Program-made: the position numbers and the translations under genes | In this document: positions 28,940 to 40,208 of the stretch, piece by piece | How the letters are laid out: every line of letters starts with the position of its first letter | How positions within the stretch are numbered: position 1 is the stretch's first letter | Source of the DNA: a virus | Taxonomy: Duplodnaviria; Caudoviricetes | Reading direction: 5' to 3' (one strand) | Virus record (IMG/VR): IMGVR_UViG_3300031998_000010 | Length of the DNA: 64,000 nt | Notes under the pieces: model-generated | What the model was told of the DNA's origin: nothing | The model's input: the letters and a program-made list of their open reading frames with translations, nothing else | Database searches by the model: none

Positions 28940-30778
28940 TTAAGATTTATTTATAAACTGCTCTAATTTAGCAACTTTTTTCTCAAGATTGTCAACTTTT
29001 GCAACGAGCAAAGCAACATAATCAAGAGTTCTATTATATTCAGCATCTTTCGTCACAAGATAAGGTAGAACTTTTTCTACATCTTGGGCAATATATCCTA
29101 TATGTTCATTAGTATCCCTCCCTACTGACTTCTTCCATCTAAATTTAACAGCTCTAATAGATGAAACATCAGGCAATTCTTCATCAATAATATCTTTTAA
29201 TCTACTGTCAGAAGATTGTGTTAAAGTTCCTGCTAATGTTTCATTCCCATTCCAATCAAGAGTTCTTGCGTTTGACCTGTAATTAGAACTCACACCCTTA
29301 CCTATAATTTCAACATAAGTACCTCTTGTTGTTGTTCCTGAACCTCCCGTATCAGCAACATTATTTTCTCCAAAAGCATATTGAGCCTGACGATTTGCTA
29401 TTGTTTCTGAACCTATGGCGAAACTTCTTAAACCACTTGCGGTCGTTTCCATCCCAGTAGCAAAACTACAATTACCACTTGCTGTACAATCAAATCCTGC
29501 CGTAACCGATAAAGGACCGACTGTTGTTCCTGATTTTCTATTTAAACTTAAAGAGCCTTCGCCTGTTGGGTTATTTGCAGATAAATGACCATAAGCTGTA
29601 ACAGTAGTTTGTAATGTAGATAATGATGATACCGAAGATATTGTAAACAACCCATTATAATTTGTAAGTTGTGTATACCCGTTTGTTACATCACTTATTG
29701 AAACACCTGTATAATTGCCCCCATCAAATCCTACCCACAGATTATTAGCACTATCATAGCCAAAATATACCGATATTGAAGTAGCACCGTCACTATCTCC
29801 TAATAAAACGGCTTCGGGCTGATACCAATAATTAGAACCATACTGATAACCACTAATCATTACTTTACTTGCTTTATATCCTTGGTATAAAGTAACTACA
29901 AAGCAAAGCATCCATGAACTTGTAGAATTTATCTTTATCTTTATCTTAGTTGTGGAAGATTTAGTGCCATAACGAGTACCAGTAGGATATTCTGTAGCAT
30001 CTGCTATATTTAGCCAATCCTGCCAAGCACCATTATTTTTACCTCTAACAGATAATCTACCTGTACGATAATCTTGGTATATTTCTCCAAGCCAACTCGA
30101 ACTATAAAATTGAGTGTATAATGCACCATCTGTGTTTTGATAATTCCATGCGGATTTTGTCAAACCACTAACATAACCGATAGCATTAGTTCCGGGTGCG
30201 TCTATTCCTAAATTAGAATTTGTTGTTACTTTAAAATTAGTAAGATTTGTAGCCGTTGTAGCCGTTGTAGCCGTAGCCGCATTTCCTGAAACAGATATTC
30301 CCCAAGTACCTGATGCACCAGTACCATCTGCAAGAGGTAATGTACCTGAATATAACGAAGTACCGTCAGATTTATATACTCGGTACTGTGGACCACTTTT
30401 TGAAGTATAGTCATTAGCGGTCCAAAGTCTTGATTTTTCTTTACCATTACCATAATACCAAACAATATCTCCACTATCGTCTGAACTTGAACTGGGGGTT
30501 CTTAAATTTATGTTTGATGTAAGATATAAGTTGCTAAAAGGATATGATGTATTACCTAAATCACCGGAAACACATAAAATACTTTTATTAAAAATAAAAT
30601 TAGCATTAGTAGAATTATATATATGACAAAAAGAAGAGTTCTGCGAGCCTATCGTGGTAGTAGTGCCATTATTAGTTATCTTCAATAATCCATTAGTTGA
30701 GTTAATGCCCCCACTAACATTTAATGAATTAAGTAATCTTGTAGCACCATTAACAATAAGGTCATTTAGTTGAGCCAC
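28940..30778 (-). CDS. tail fibre/spike protein with C-terminal intramolecular chaperone (peptidase S74-like)
   Basis: MAQLNDLIVNG, YadA-like ASG..SFA.G repeats, SDSRLK..IGYIAQDVEKVLP..DY..L coiled coil. Confidence 0.8.
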   Translation of the reverse strand: MAQLNDLIVNGATRLLNSLNVSGGINSTNGLLKITNNGTTTTIGSQNSSFCHIYNSTNANFIFNKSILCVSGDLGNTSYPFSNLYLTSNINLRTPSSSSDDSGDIVWYYGNGKEKSRLWTANDYTSKSGPQYRVYKSDGTSLYSGTLPLADGTGASGTWGISVSGNAATATTATTATNLTNFKVTTNSNLGIDAPGTNAIGYVSGLTKSAWNYQNTDGALYTQFYSSSWLGEIYQDYRTGRLSVRGKNNGAWQDWLNIADATEYPTGTRYGTKSSTTKIKIKINSTSSWMLCFVVTLYQGYKASKVMISGYQYGSNYWYQPEAVLLGDSDGATSISVYFGYDSANNLWVGFDGGNYTGVSISDVTNGYTQLTNYNGLFTISSVSSLSTLQTTVTAYGHLSANNPTGEGSLSLNRKSGTTVGPLSVTAGFDCTASGNCSFATGMETTASGLRSFAIGSETIANRQAQYAFGENNVADTGGSGTTTRGTYVEIIGKGVSSNYRSNARTLDWNGNETLAGTLTQSSDSRLKDIIDEELPDVSSIRAVKFRWKKSVGRDTNEHIGYIAQDVEKVLPYLVTKDAEYNRTLDYVALLVAKVDNLEKKVAKLEQFINKS

Positions 30779-30820
30779 AGGTTATAGCCTCCAAATAAAG
30801 AAAAACATATATTATTAGAT

Positions 30821-30826
30821 AAGGTT
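30821..30826 (-). promoter_or_regulatory. class B motif AACCTT
   Basis: TAACCTTATCTAA upstream of the tail fibre GTG. Confidence 0.55.
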
Positions 30827-31424
30827 ATAATTCGTAAAATTGGTTAGCTTCATATACACCATCATAGATCTTGGCTTGATCAACCGGACTTTCAAAAAAT
30901 CCACAATCATTCTCAATATAATTAGTATCTGCACTATTAGCTACCCAAGGTGTAGGGTGTGAACCTGCTTCTAACTTTACACATTTCATAGACACAACTC
31001 CTGTGCCTGTCGCACCCCCGGATGCCTGACTAAACATTCTTGGACAAATTACATGCTTAACTGCCGTTGTTTCGGTTTGAGTATAAACAACCCAATATCT
31101 TTCCCATTTAGTAGAAAGTGTAAAATCCATATTTCCGTCACTTGCGGTTTTAGTTGTTCCCTGACTTGATACACAAGTAGTAGTCGTATTCGGGCTATAA
31201 TAATGAGTTCTTATTTTATCTCCTGCTACTGTAGATTTTGCGTAAAACGATAAAGTATATTGTGTTGCGGTTGGAATCACCGTTGTTATAGGTGAAAATT
31301 TATCTGAATAACTGGAATCAGGATAAGTATATTGTGCTTCGATATTGGATGTATTAGGGATTATGTTTGCACCTAATACCATATCGGCTTGTGCAACACC
31401 TTGTTTAGTAATATTTGCACTCAT
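30825..31424 (-). CDS. tail-associated carbohydrate-binding-like protein
   Basis: YTLSFYAK, LSTKWERYWV, VKLEAGSHPTPW motifs. Confidence 0.6.
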   Translation of the reverse strand: MSANITKQGVAQADMVLGANIIPNTSNIEAQYTYPDSSYSDKFSPITTVIPTATQYTLSFYAKSTVAGDKIRTHYYSPNTTTTCVSSQGTTKTASDGNMDFTLSTKWERYWVVYTQTETTAVKHVICPRMFSQASGGATGTGVVSMKCVKLEAGSHPTPWVANSADTNYIENDCGFFESPVDQAKIYDGVYEANQFYEL

Positions 31425-31426
31425 AG

Positions 31427-33184
31427 TTAGACCTCTTTTAATTCATAGGCATACATATTACCTGACTTATCTATACTTGCACCTACTTGATATAATTCTT
31501 TTATATCATCTGAGGATAAGCATGTTGCATATATTCTAAAATCCGACATTAAACCATAATAATTTTGACTGGTAAGTCCGTTCCAAGAACCAAGTCGATA
31601 AGCACCAGTAGGCATAGATTTCGCCTCAATTGTTTTCTTCAAATCTCCATTTACATAATATAATTCATTAGTCCCATCTCGCACCATTGTAATCATATTC
31701 CATTTATTAAACTCTAACGGAGAAAATATATTACCACCACGAGTACTTGCCATATATAAAGATAAAGTTGTTGCAGAACCAGCTCTTGTATCCATCTCAA
31801 AGCCTGAAGGTCCACCAAATAATGTTTCATAGTTCTTGGAGCCAAGTGCATCTTTGTAAAACCATATATTTATTGTAAATATATTAGTTGGGCATATAGT
31901 ATTGAATGGAATTGTTATAGTATTGTCAGTACCATTAAAACTGGTGCTGACTGAATATCTTGATGTATTACTACTAATTGTCATGGCAGTATTTATTGTC
32001 CCATGATAATTATATCCACTACTATCATATACTGTTGTATCACTACGAGTACCACCCATTCCAGCATAACCAGTAGCATGATTTTTGGCTTCTAGTTGAA
32101 TATTATAAAATATTGCTTTATTAGCATAATCAGGTCGTAATTCATCATCAATTAAAGCATTAGTAATCCCATTTAATGAACTATCCGCAGTAAAAGTGTA
32201 GGTATTATATCCATTATAGATAAAAAATGGAAATGATGTATTGTTATTAAATCTAAACTTCCAATAAGAATCAACAGATATTCCTTTAGCACACATACTT
32301 AATGTATATGTCGTTCCACTAACAAGTGCAGGAGTATTTATTCTAAAATATGTATCTGAATTTTCACCTGTAGTCTGTACCGCATTACCATTATCAATAA
32401 GGGTAGTTCTACCTCCAGCAGTATAACTTGTAATAAGATTAGTAGTACCCTCTAAATAACTATCTCCCAAAGTATAATGAGCAACTAAGCCTTTACTCAA
32501 TTCTTTGATTTCTTTAACTGATAGTGCATGATCATATACTCTTAAATCATTACAATAATATGGGATAGCACACGCTGGACCACTACCAGCGTAAATATGA
32601 GCATAATTTATATAAATATCCCTTACTACCGCTTCGGTGAAAGCCGTTATATTAGTAGTAGCATATAATTGCCCATTAAAATATGAAAATAATTTTAAAG
32701 CATCTTTATCAAATACAACGCATATATGAATCCACTCATCAAAAGTTATTGTCTTTGTAGTAGTTGTATAATTATTTGCAGGAGTAGCAGTTCTTAATGC
32801 TCCAAAAATATTAAGAGCAGATAAAACCCCACTATCTGCATATAAATTATTTGTGGTAAAGCATATCCCGATACCACCATAGCTATTATTACCAATTAGA
32901 TTAGCTGTAGCATTTACAGCGGAAGAAGTATATGTCTTTGTTGATACTACGGCTTGAATCTCTGCTTTATTGAATTTAAACCAACCGCATAATGATACAC
33001 TTGTTTTAGTCAAATCTACAGAATACCCTGTATCGAGGTCTCCAGTAGAAGTTGTATGAAAGCAATTTCCTAATTTACCATTACTGGTGATTGAACCATA
33101 AGTCGAAGTAATATTAGGAGCAACTGAACTTACCCCTTGATTATTAGTATCTCTAACAAATGGCAACCATACTTGTAATGACAT
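31427..33184 (-). CDS. LamG/concanavalin-domain tail protein
   Basis: EWIHICVVFD..YFNGQ..DLRVYDHALS; second LamG domain WNMITMV..YYVNG..SDFRIYATCLS. Confidence 0.75.
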   Translation of the reverse strand: MSLQVWLPFVRDTNNQGVSSVAPNITSTYGSITSNGKLGNCFHTTSTGDLDTGYSVDLTKTSVSLCGWFKFNKAEIQAVVSTKTYTSSAVNATANLIGNNSYGGIGICFTTNNLYADSGVLSALNIFGALRTATPANNYTTTTKTITFDEWIHICVVFDKDALKLFSYFNGQLYATTNITAFTEAVVRDIYINYAHIYAGSGPACAIPYYCNDLRVYDHALSVKEIKELSKGLVAHYTLGDSYLEGTTNLITSYTAGGRTTLIDNGNAVQTTGENSDTYFRINTPALVSGTTYTLSMCAKGISVDSYWKFRFNNNTSFPFFIYNGYNTYTFTADSSLNGITNALIDDELRPDYANKAIFYNIQLEAKNHATGYAGMGGTRSDTTVYDSSGYNYHGTINTAMTISSNTSRYSVSTSFNGTDNTITIPFNTICPTNIFTINIWFYKDALGSKNYETLFGGPSGFEMDTRAGSATTLSLYMASTRGGNIFSPLEFNKWNMITMVRDGTNELYYVNGDLKKTIEAKSMPTGAYRLGSWNGLTSQNYYGLMSDFRIYATCLSSDDIKELYQVGASIDKSGNMYAYELKEV

Positions 33185-33185
33185 A

Positions 33186-34775
33186 TTAAACGAAAACGAA
33201 ATCTATTGATTGGGTTGTAGAATTATATTCCATTCTTGCACCAGATGTATTGGTAGCATTTCCACCTACTGTTACTGAGCCGTTGAAAACGGCATTACCA
33301 TCTCCACTGATTGAAGCTACATTTGCACTAGCATGTCTATAAACTAAACCTCGTGTAGTTGCTCCTGCAAAATAAAAATAACCACCCCAATCTCCTTGAA
33401 CATATCCATGTTTACCACTATTAGCAGTAGTACGCATAGCAATTCCATAATTGGTTACATTTCCAGCACCACCATATAAAGAAATACCTCCTGAAGTACC
33501 TGCAGTTTGACTAACACCTAAATTAGCAGACGCAACAACATTATTAGCAGTTAAAGTGCCATTTGTAGCATACACCTGGTCATCAGAATAAGTTTGAGGA
33601 TTAGCCGCCTGACTTGTAGCACCAATTAAATAAATCTTTGATGAGGTATCAGTAGAACCTGCAGTATTTTTAGTGTCATTATCCTGTTGGTCAAATGTAA
33701 AGGTGGAACCATTAAGTCGTGTAGCGGTAAAAGTTGTTCCACTACGACTGATATCTTTTATAGCTATGGCACTATTGCCTCCAGTAGTAGTGAAATCGTT
33801 AGTTACTGCATAACCATCAGGAACTGTAGTACCATCTGTAAATGTGGTATATGGTGTTAATGTAGTAGAAGCAAAAGGCACAAAGCAACAATTCCAAGTC
33901 TGAGTTGTACCTGATGCAATACTAGCCTTATCGTCATAAATCTCAAAATAATAAAATCCACTAGCATTTACAACAATACGAGTTCGTACTTGAGTATAAT
34001 TACAAGAAGAAATACACTGACAAGTAGAATATGCATATCCATTATGGGAAGTAGTGATATAAAAAGTGGCGTTAGTTACCATTGAACTTCTAGTAGCGGT
34101 TATGTTTAAAAATCCACTGGAACCAACGGTTGCTATTCCGGGAGTAGCAAGGTACAACCTACTCCATGTTTGACCTTTTGTAACTGCAGTCCATCTTTGC
34201 CCTACACTAAAGGAATTATTAACTAGAGTTAAACCCATATCGGCAGAATAAGTTGTACCGACAGGAACTTGCCAACTACCATCATTCCTCAAATATTTAG
34301 TAGTATCTGAACCTAAAGCAGGGCCGTTAGTGACAGTATTAGCACCATTAAATTTTGTGAGATAACCACTTGTACCCGAACCCGTTATGTTATTTGCAAT
34401 ACTAGGTGTTACTGTTACAGTTTGAGCCGTACCACCACTTGGTGTTACTGTAAATCCATTCGTGCCATTGGCAAATGTATAAGTAGTATCATTATCTGTA
34501 AATTTAGGGTTACTACCGATAGTTACACCATTCAGCTGTGTTGCCTGAAGATTTCCGGTTGAAGGATTGAATTTCAAATTACTATTCTTACCAGTCTCTT
34601 CAATGCGAGTAGTATTATCTGCTGTTTGAGAAAACAACACTTCGTAATCAGCATTAGTAGTAGTTGCAGATTGCTTCACGGTTTTAGCCGCATCTGCAAT
34701 CTTCGACTTTACTTCTGTTGCAAGGGTATCAATACCCTCTCTATCTAAATAGTAATTCTTATCAATATCAGGCAT
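33186..34775 (-). CDS. tail fibre-like protein
   Basis: T/S/G-rich, KYLRNDGSW, DTKNTAGS..IYLIGA motif. Confidence 0.7.
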   Translation of the reverse strand: MPDIDKNYYLDREGIDTLATEVKSKIADAAKTVKQSATTTNADYEVLFSQTADNTTRIEETGKNSNLKFNPSTGNLQATQLNGVTIGSNPKFTDNDTTYTFANGTNGFTVTPSGGTAQTVTVTPSIANNITGSGTSGYLTKFNGANTVTNGPALGSDTTKYLRNDGSWQVPVGTTYSADMGLTLVNNSFSVGQRWTAVTKGQTWSRLYLATPGIATVGSSGFLNITATRSSMVTNATFYITTSHNGYAYSTCQCISSCNYTQVRTRIVVNASGFYYFEIYDDKASIASGTTQTWNCCFVPFASTTLTPYTTFTDGTTVPDGYAVTNDFTTTGGNSAIAIKDISRSGTTFTATRLNGSTFTFDQQDNDTKNTAGSTDTSSKIYLIGATSQAANPQTYSDDQVYATNGTLTANNVVASANLGVSQTAGTSGGISLYGGAGNVTNYGIAMRTTANSGKHGYVQGDWGGYFYFAGATTRGLVYRHASANVASISGDGNAVFNGSVTVGGNATNTSGARMEYNSTTQSIDFVFV

Positions 34776-34790
34776 ATCTTAAAATAGTCC

Positions 34791-35990
34791 TTATGCAAAT
34801 AAACTCTGAATGTATGCACTCGGTATCGGCTGGAATGAAGTCATTACTTTTGAATCTGTCCAGTTTGTATTTCCTGTCCAAGCACCTGGTGTTGTTACTG
34901 CCGTAGTACACTCATAAAGTTTTCCGTTATACATAACATAATCACCTAAGGCATAAGTCAAAGTTGTATTAAATGCATCAGCAATTACATCTGACTGTAC
35001 TGCGGTATCCGCTTTTGCTAAGGAAGCCTGAACGGAAGCAGATAAATCAAATGTAATTACATTTGAACCATCAATTGAAATTGTACCTGATGTAGTCGTA
35101 CCGCCTGTGTATAAATCTACAAGGTCTGTGACCTTAATATAAATTGCTGTGCTTGAAGCATTGGCAATTATGAGTTTAATATATTTACCTGCATCAGCCG
35201 CAGTAGCTGTTCCACTTCCTTTAATAGCAGTTGTTACATCGGGTCCTGAAGCTGAACCTTCGTGGAGTGAATCATCGGTGTCAACAAAAACGATTTCAAC
35301 TACAGAACCGCTTTCGACTACCATATCTTTTGGTATGTCGATATTAGCAAGTAATTCTGCAGGAACAGGAGAAGAAGATGAACCATTACCGCCCTGATAA
35401 ATGCCATAACGCTTTGAATATAAATCGCCTGAACCACCTGCGGTTTCTGTAATATATACTGTCTTAGCAGCTACTCCACCACCCGTTGCTTGTGCAATAG
35501 ATTCAATAGCTCCCTGAACGGTGCTTGAACCTGTCTGTGCGGTAGTATCATCAAAAGGTACATTTGTAGCATTAAGAGTTAAACCCTTTACTGTCGGAGC
35601 GCCACTTGCGGTATCTGTACCGAATATGGCTACTTGTCCAGAAGTAAATGATGCACTGGCATCCCCAGATTTTCTGATAACATCATCTTCAGCAAGTCCG
35701 CTATCTACTACTTGACCATTAGAATCCAATGTAGCAATATGACCAGATGTAGCACTTGCTACTTTTGTCATCAATGTAGAAGCGTCAGGGAATGTTACTG
35801 TATATGCTGCAGTAGCTCCTGTTTCTGTCGGGTCAACCTTCCAGAAACTCAATGTAGTAGGTGTTGTCGCAGTATCATAAGTGATATACTTAATTGCCAA
35901 AGCGTCTGCGTCATCCACATACTGCTTTATGAGAGCATCATATTGGGCTAACCCTGCTTTATCTAAATAAAAGAACTTTTCGGTTGCCAT
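34791..35990 (-). CDS. putative virion structural protein
   Basis: YLDKAGL N-terminus like the neighbouring gene, IDIPKDMVVESG, YALGDYV..LYECTTA module. Confidence 0.6.
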   Translation of the reverse strand: MATEKFFYLDKAGLAQYDALIKQYVDDADALAIKYITYDTATTPTTLSFWKVDPTETGATAAYTVTFPDASTLMTKVASATSGHIATLDSNGQVVDSGLAEDDVIRKSGDASASFTSGQVAIFGTDTASGAPTVKGLTLNATNVPFDDTTAQTGSSTVQGAIESIAQATGGGVAAKTVYITETAGGSGDLYSKRYGIYQGGNGSSSSPVPAELLANIDIPKDMVVESGSVVEIVFVDTDDSLHEGSASGPDVTTAIKGSGTATAADAGKYIKLIIANASSTAIYIKVTDLVDLYTGGTTTSGTISIDGSNVITFDLSASVQASLAKADTAVQSDVIADAFNTTLTYALGDYVMYNGKLYECTTAVTTPGAWTGNTNWTDSKVMTSFQPIPSAYIQSLFA

Positions 35991-36006
35991 ATCTTATCTC
36001 CTTTAA

Positions 36007-36558
36007 TTAGTAATTGTATAAAGAATCTCCGTGTTCGTTTAATACTCTTTCTATCTTATCTAAATCCTTAAAAGATGCTCGCTCTCTTATGATTCTATAT
36101 ATGGTTCCTACCCAAGTATCTCCAAAATTAGTATAGGCTAAATATATTGCTTCTCGAACTGCTTTGTTCGATAATAAACTGGGAGGTATCTCATCTACAA
36201 GTTCATCTTCTATATAAATAGAACCGTTTTCGGCATAAATTGAACATCCTTTATATGTATATACTTTCCCGTCAGCAGAAGGATATTGATTAGAAATTGA
36301 TGCTCCCTGAGAAACATCATATGTATCAGCATCTTCAATATTACTATTATCTAATATATCTTTAAGTTTTACTAAATCGGAAGTAGATAAATTAGAATAC
36401 ATTCCATCAGGACCTCTATCATCCCACTCTCCGTCAGCATTAAAGAGCTTATCTTCAAACATATCTATCATTGTCTGTTCAAGAAAATCAGCGGTAACTT
36501 CATTAGTATTATAAGTGTTATCAATATAATTTATTAAACTGTCTCTGTCCATTGACAT
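36007..36558 (-). CDS. hypothetical acidic protein
   Basis: 183 aa, AAGGAG RBS. Confidence 0.75.
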   Translation of the reverse strand: MSMDRDSLINYIDNTYNTNEVTADFLEQTMIDMFEDKLFNADGEWDDRGPDGMYSNLSTSDLVKLKDILDNSNIEDADTYDVSQGASISNQYPSADGKVYTYKGCSIYAENGSIYIEDELVDEIPPSLLSNKAVREAIYLAYTNFGDTWVGTIYRIIRERASFKDLDKIERVLNEHGDSLYNY

Positions 36559-36571
36559 CTTTTATTCTCCT

Positions 36572-38005
36572 TTAATTAAATAAATTATCAATATATTCTT
36601 CTTCAATGCCGTTGAGGGCAATATCCAAGACTTCATAAACAATTTCCATAACCTTATCGTGAAATTCCGAAATTATTTCAGAAATTTCTGCTTCGACTAC
36701 GGCAATCTTATCATCAACATAAATCTTCGTTGCATAATTTTGCTCGACATATAGTTCTGTTGCATAGTTATTTGTGAATGTTACATCATCACCTTCAACT
36801 ATATAGTCCGTGATGTTATGCTCCGTGATTACTTTGATATTATCATCTTCATCTACAAAAGATAAATGGTCTATAGTAGTGATGAAGGTTGTAGGATGAT
36901 TCGGAGAAATCTTATAAGTTCCTCTAATTCTATATAAGGAGGGTTCTAATTCAGATAGGATTATAGGATTTTCAGTAGTACCAACTCTTTCAGGTATTCC
37001 GAACACTTCTAAAAAATCCCAACTCTGTGTTTCTGCGTTCCATACATAATAGTTAGCAGGACCTTCTTCATTATTGACTCTGACCATCTTACCGTTAATG
37101 AGTTTATGGGGGTCAATATTATCTCTCTGTTCTAATGTATCGAGTGTAATAAAAGTCCTGTTAAGTATTTCTGCATCTGCAAGAGTAAATGGCCTTGTAT
37201 AATTAACAACCTTACCGTCTGCTATTCCAGAACCCTGTGTCTTTGTAGTATCAAGAGTACACAATGTTAAATCTATTGCAGAAACAGGAAGTATATCTCC
37301 GTTTTTAATTGATACAAAATACCAACCGAAGTTTTGTACTTCGTTATAAATATACCAACCTACATGAACAACCCATTTAATCTTCGGTTTATTTGATACT
37401 TTTACAATATCACCATCATATAATCTGATGTCTGTTCCAGGGATTACTATGAATTTGCTTTCCGCAGGAGTCGTATCAATATCCTGTAATGTCGGGCGGA
37501 ATTCAGAAGTACCAAGCACCTGCTCTTTTACAATAGTAGATAAGTCTATATCATTTGCAGGAATTATTGACCTATCTTCTAATGATATAAAGTACCATCC
37601 GTTTTCACTTCTATTATTATATGAATACCATCCGTGTTTTGCTACGAGATTTAATCCAGATGATGTAATTACTATGTCATTAGCATAAATCTTGGTATCT
37701 GTAGCATCGCAATAGAGATACTTAATTTCAGGCAACTGTTCTGCTGTCGATTCAGGCTCAGGTCTAACTGCAGTTGATTGTTGATTAGTTTCTTTCGATA
37801 TATTTTTGATATCTACTATATCTATAGGAATAATATACTTATCTACGATAGATACAAAGTACCAGCCATTTTTCTGTGCTTCACCTATCTTATACCAGCC
37901 AGTTTTAGCTATCCACTTACTTTCAGGATAAGTGGATATTGATACAACATCATTGGGATATATCTTTGTATCTGTTTCTTCGCAGTATAAGAAATTTCTA
38001 GCCAT
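36572..38005 (-). CDS. protein with three GWY repeats, putative structural
   Basis: Three (K/R)(I/L)YxxD(I/V)V..GWY..GWYF units; homologous to 40209-40985. Confidence 0.7.
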   Translation of the reverse strand: MARNFLYCEETDTKIYPNDVVSISTYPESKWIAKTGWYKIGEAQKNGWYFVSIVDKYIIPIDIVDIKNISKETNQQSTAVRPEPESTAEQLPEIKYLYCDATDTKIYANDIVITSSGLNLVAKHGWYSYNNRSENGWYFISLEDRSIIPANDIDLSTIVKEQVLGTSEFRPTLQDIDTTPAESKFIVIPGTDIRLYDGDIVKVSNKPKIKWVVHVGWYIYNEVQNFGWYFVSIKNGDILPVSAIDLTLCTLDTTKTQGSGIADGKVVNYTRPFTLADAEILNRTFITLDTLEQRDNIDPHKLINGKMVRVNNEEGPANYYVWNAETQSWDFLEVFGIPERVGTTENPIILSELEPSLYRIRGTYKISPNHPTTFITTIDHLSFVDEDDNIKVITEHNITDYIVEGDDVTFTNNYATELYVEQNYATKIYVDDKIAVVEAEISEIISEFHDKVMEIVYEVLDIALNGIEEEYIDNLFN

Positions 38006-38043
38006 AAGTATCCTTGTATATAAAAGTATTATATTAAATATAC

Positions 38044-38049
38044 AAGGTT
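38044..38049 (-). promoter_or_regulatory. class B motif AACCTT
   Basis: TAACCTTGTATAT upstream of ATG 38005. Confidence 0.6.
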
Positions 38050-38061
38050 ATGTAGTTATTC

Positions 38062-38655
38062 TTATTCGTCGCCAAATAAATTGAAACTAATTGCAATATC
38101 GTCACCAGGTTCCAATGTTACAGGTGTTTCTAAATATTCTTTAATGAGCAAAAAATCCCCGTCGCTATACTGCCCATGCCAAGCAGTATAAGAACTAGAA
38201 TGATGAATATGAAAAAATAGAGCAATCTCGTCAATGGTAATAGTTTCTGTGCTATTACTATTATTTAGATTTCCCTTTATTAAATAATTATATACATCTA
38301 GCGACGAACCACTAGTAGTCATCATGCCTACTTTTAAACCTGTTGGAACATTTCCTAAAGTATAATCTGGCTCATTTTCTATGCGTTGACCACCTAATAT
38401 ATAAAATCCATTACTCGTATATGTCTTAATGTAACTCCAATCACAATAATTTCCAGGAGCAATAGATGTATGCGTAGTAAAACTGCCATAACTTATATTA
38501 TAAAATAGTGTTTCTCCATGAGAATAATCTAAGCCGTCTTGAACCCCTGTATAACCAGTTATATCTGTAAAATTTTTTATCCATGGTTTAGTGCTTGTAG
38601 ATGATGAGCCTCTAGAAAACAACCTCATCAGCTTCCTAAAATTATTGTGTATCAT
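38062..38655 (-). CDS. hypothetical protein, putative structural
   Basis: C-terminal ITIDEIAL..LIKEYLETPVTLEPGD, tail-collar-like. Confidence 0.6.
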   Translation of the reverse strand: MIHNNFRKLMRLFSRGSSSTSTKPWIKNFTDITGYTGVQDGLDYSHGETLFYNISYGSFTTHTSIAPGNYCDWSYIKTYTSNGFYILGGQRIENEPDYTLGNVPTGLKVGMMTTSGSSLDVYNYLIKGNLNNSNSTETITIDEIALFFHIHHSSSYTAWHGQYSDGDFLLIKEYLETPVTLEPGDDIAISFNLFGDE

Positions 38656-39365
38656 TCAGTAGTTACCTCCACAGAATAATTTAATTGCCCCTCTTTATTT
38701 GAATGACCCATAGCAGATGTTCTATATATTGGTGGTTCTCCTGATGATGGAGATTCAGGCACCCAACTATATACAGGCTCATTATCTACTATTGTTATAT
38801 TTAAAACATAATTACCTGCGGTTATAGGTAATGTTGGAATCTGAGGGATAGGTATATTTGATATTGCCGTATATACCGCACCAGAAGTAATTAACTTTGT
38901 ACTATCTTGCGTTACTGTTGTATCATAATCGGCAGATAGAGTTATTGAACTGTTAGTTTCACTCTCTACAAATGTACTTGTAATATTATCTCCAGCAATT
39001 ACTTTTGAGAAAGTATTTCTCACTGTTACTGTCCACTTATTAGCATTAGTTAATTTATATACATATACCTGATTGCCTTGTTGAGAATCAGTATGCTTGT
39101 TCATAGAGCGATAATACTGGAACTCTACATTTGTAGGATTAGTCATATCTGTAACATAAGCCATGAACGCTAATCGAGTTTGAGAACCTGTCGCAGGATT
39201 ACTGTTAGAAGAGGCTCGGCAATACACTACACAGTTATCTTGATATGCAGTTATAAAATCAGTCCAGGTAGAAATGCCATAGCGAAGAATAACCATTCTT
39301 GCTTTGGCATCTTTTATCTCATATTCAAGATTCCCTGGTAATACGATTTTAGATATATCAGCCAT
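38652..39365 (-). CDS. putative tail-associated protein
   Basis: ADISKIVLPG..YEIKDAKAR N-terminus typical of phage fibre modules. Confidence 0.6.
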   Translation of the reverse strand: MADISKIVLPGNLEYEIKDAKARMVILRYGISTWTDFITAYQDNCVVYCRASSNSNPATGSQTRLAFMAYVTDMTNPTNVEFQYYRSMNKHTDSQQGNQVYVYKLTNANKWTVTVRNTFSKVIAGDNITSTFVESETNSSITLSADYDTTVTQDSTKLITSGAVYTAISNIPIPQIPTLPITAGNYVLNITIVDNEPVYSWVPESPSSGEPPIYRTSAMGHSNKEGQLNYSVEVTTE

Positions 39366-39374
39366 ATATTTACC

Positions 39375-40196
39375 TTATTGTGCAGTCGGATATACTGTAT
39401 GTGTTACTTCTGTTCCTGTAAATGTTTGAGCTGCTGCGGTTCCTGAAATAGTGCCTGAACTTGCCGAACCTGTAAATGTAAGTTCTGCACCTGTCCCTGT
39501 AAATGAGGGGTCAGTCACGGTATCTACACCGGTTGCTACTGATACGCTAGACACTGTAGGGACTGCCCCAGCAGTAATTGTAAGCACTTCATTTGCTACA
39601 GTATAAGTGGGCATTGAACCTGCGTCTGTCACACTTCCAACACTACTACTTGTAAGCGTTACACCTGTCCCTGAAATTGAACCTGCAGGCGTGTAATTAG
39701 CATTACCGCTTCCTATGCTAATTGTCCCCGAAGGAGTAACGGAACAACTTCCCGTCACAGAACTGGATGAATTACTACCTGAAGGTGTAAGTGTGACATA
39801 TCCAGTATCGACAAAAGCAAATGATTTAAGCGTTCCAATACTTGCACCAAATTGTTGCCAAGCATTAGGGTTTACTTTATCACTAAAAATGTATTCCTGA
39901 CCATTACTATCTTGAACAATATCACCGCCAACGGCAGTAACGCTACTTCCATTAATAGTAATAGGATTAGTTGTTGAACCATCCTCTAATGATGTAGTAG
40001 TAATACCTAACCAATGTGTCGCATTTGCAAGAGCTGATACTGCTGATTCTACATCTGATAATCGTTTTTCAGCTCCTGATGTAACACCATCACCTACCCA
40101 ATTTCTCACATCTTCATCTTTGAAGTAGTAAGTATTGCCACTGGGTAATGTAATTCGCATAATTGTAGGAGTTAAAGTCCAAATGATTGCTGACAT
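39375..40196 (-). CDS. putative fibre/structural protein
   Basis: ITLPSG.TYYFKD..R; TPSG/TPAG and FTGT repeats. Confidence 0.6.
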   Translation of the reverse strand: MSAIIWTLTPTIMRITLPSGNTYYFKDEDVRNWVGDGVTSGAEKRLSDVESAVSALANATHWLGITTTSLEDGSTTNPITINGSSVTAVGGDIVQDSNGQEYIFSDKVNPNAWQQFGASIGTLKSFAFVDTGYVTLTPSGSNSSSSVTGSCSVTPSGTISIGSGNANYTPAGSISGTGVTLTSSSVGSVTDAGSMPTYTVANEVLTITAGAVPTVSSVSVATGVDTVTDPSFTGTGAELTFTGSASSGTISGTAAAQTFTGTEVTHTVYPTAQ

Positions 40197-40208
40197 AATT
40201 TCATCTCC

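Noticed and set aside
30248-30279. TGTAGCCGT tandem repeat
   Set aside because: It encodes the ordinary ATT/ATA low-complexity linker of a tail fibre
28940-35990. Diversity-generating retroelement or shufflon acting on tail fibres
   Set aside because: No reverse transcriptase or invertase, and no TR/VR pair or inverted crossover sites were seen by eye
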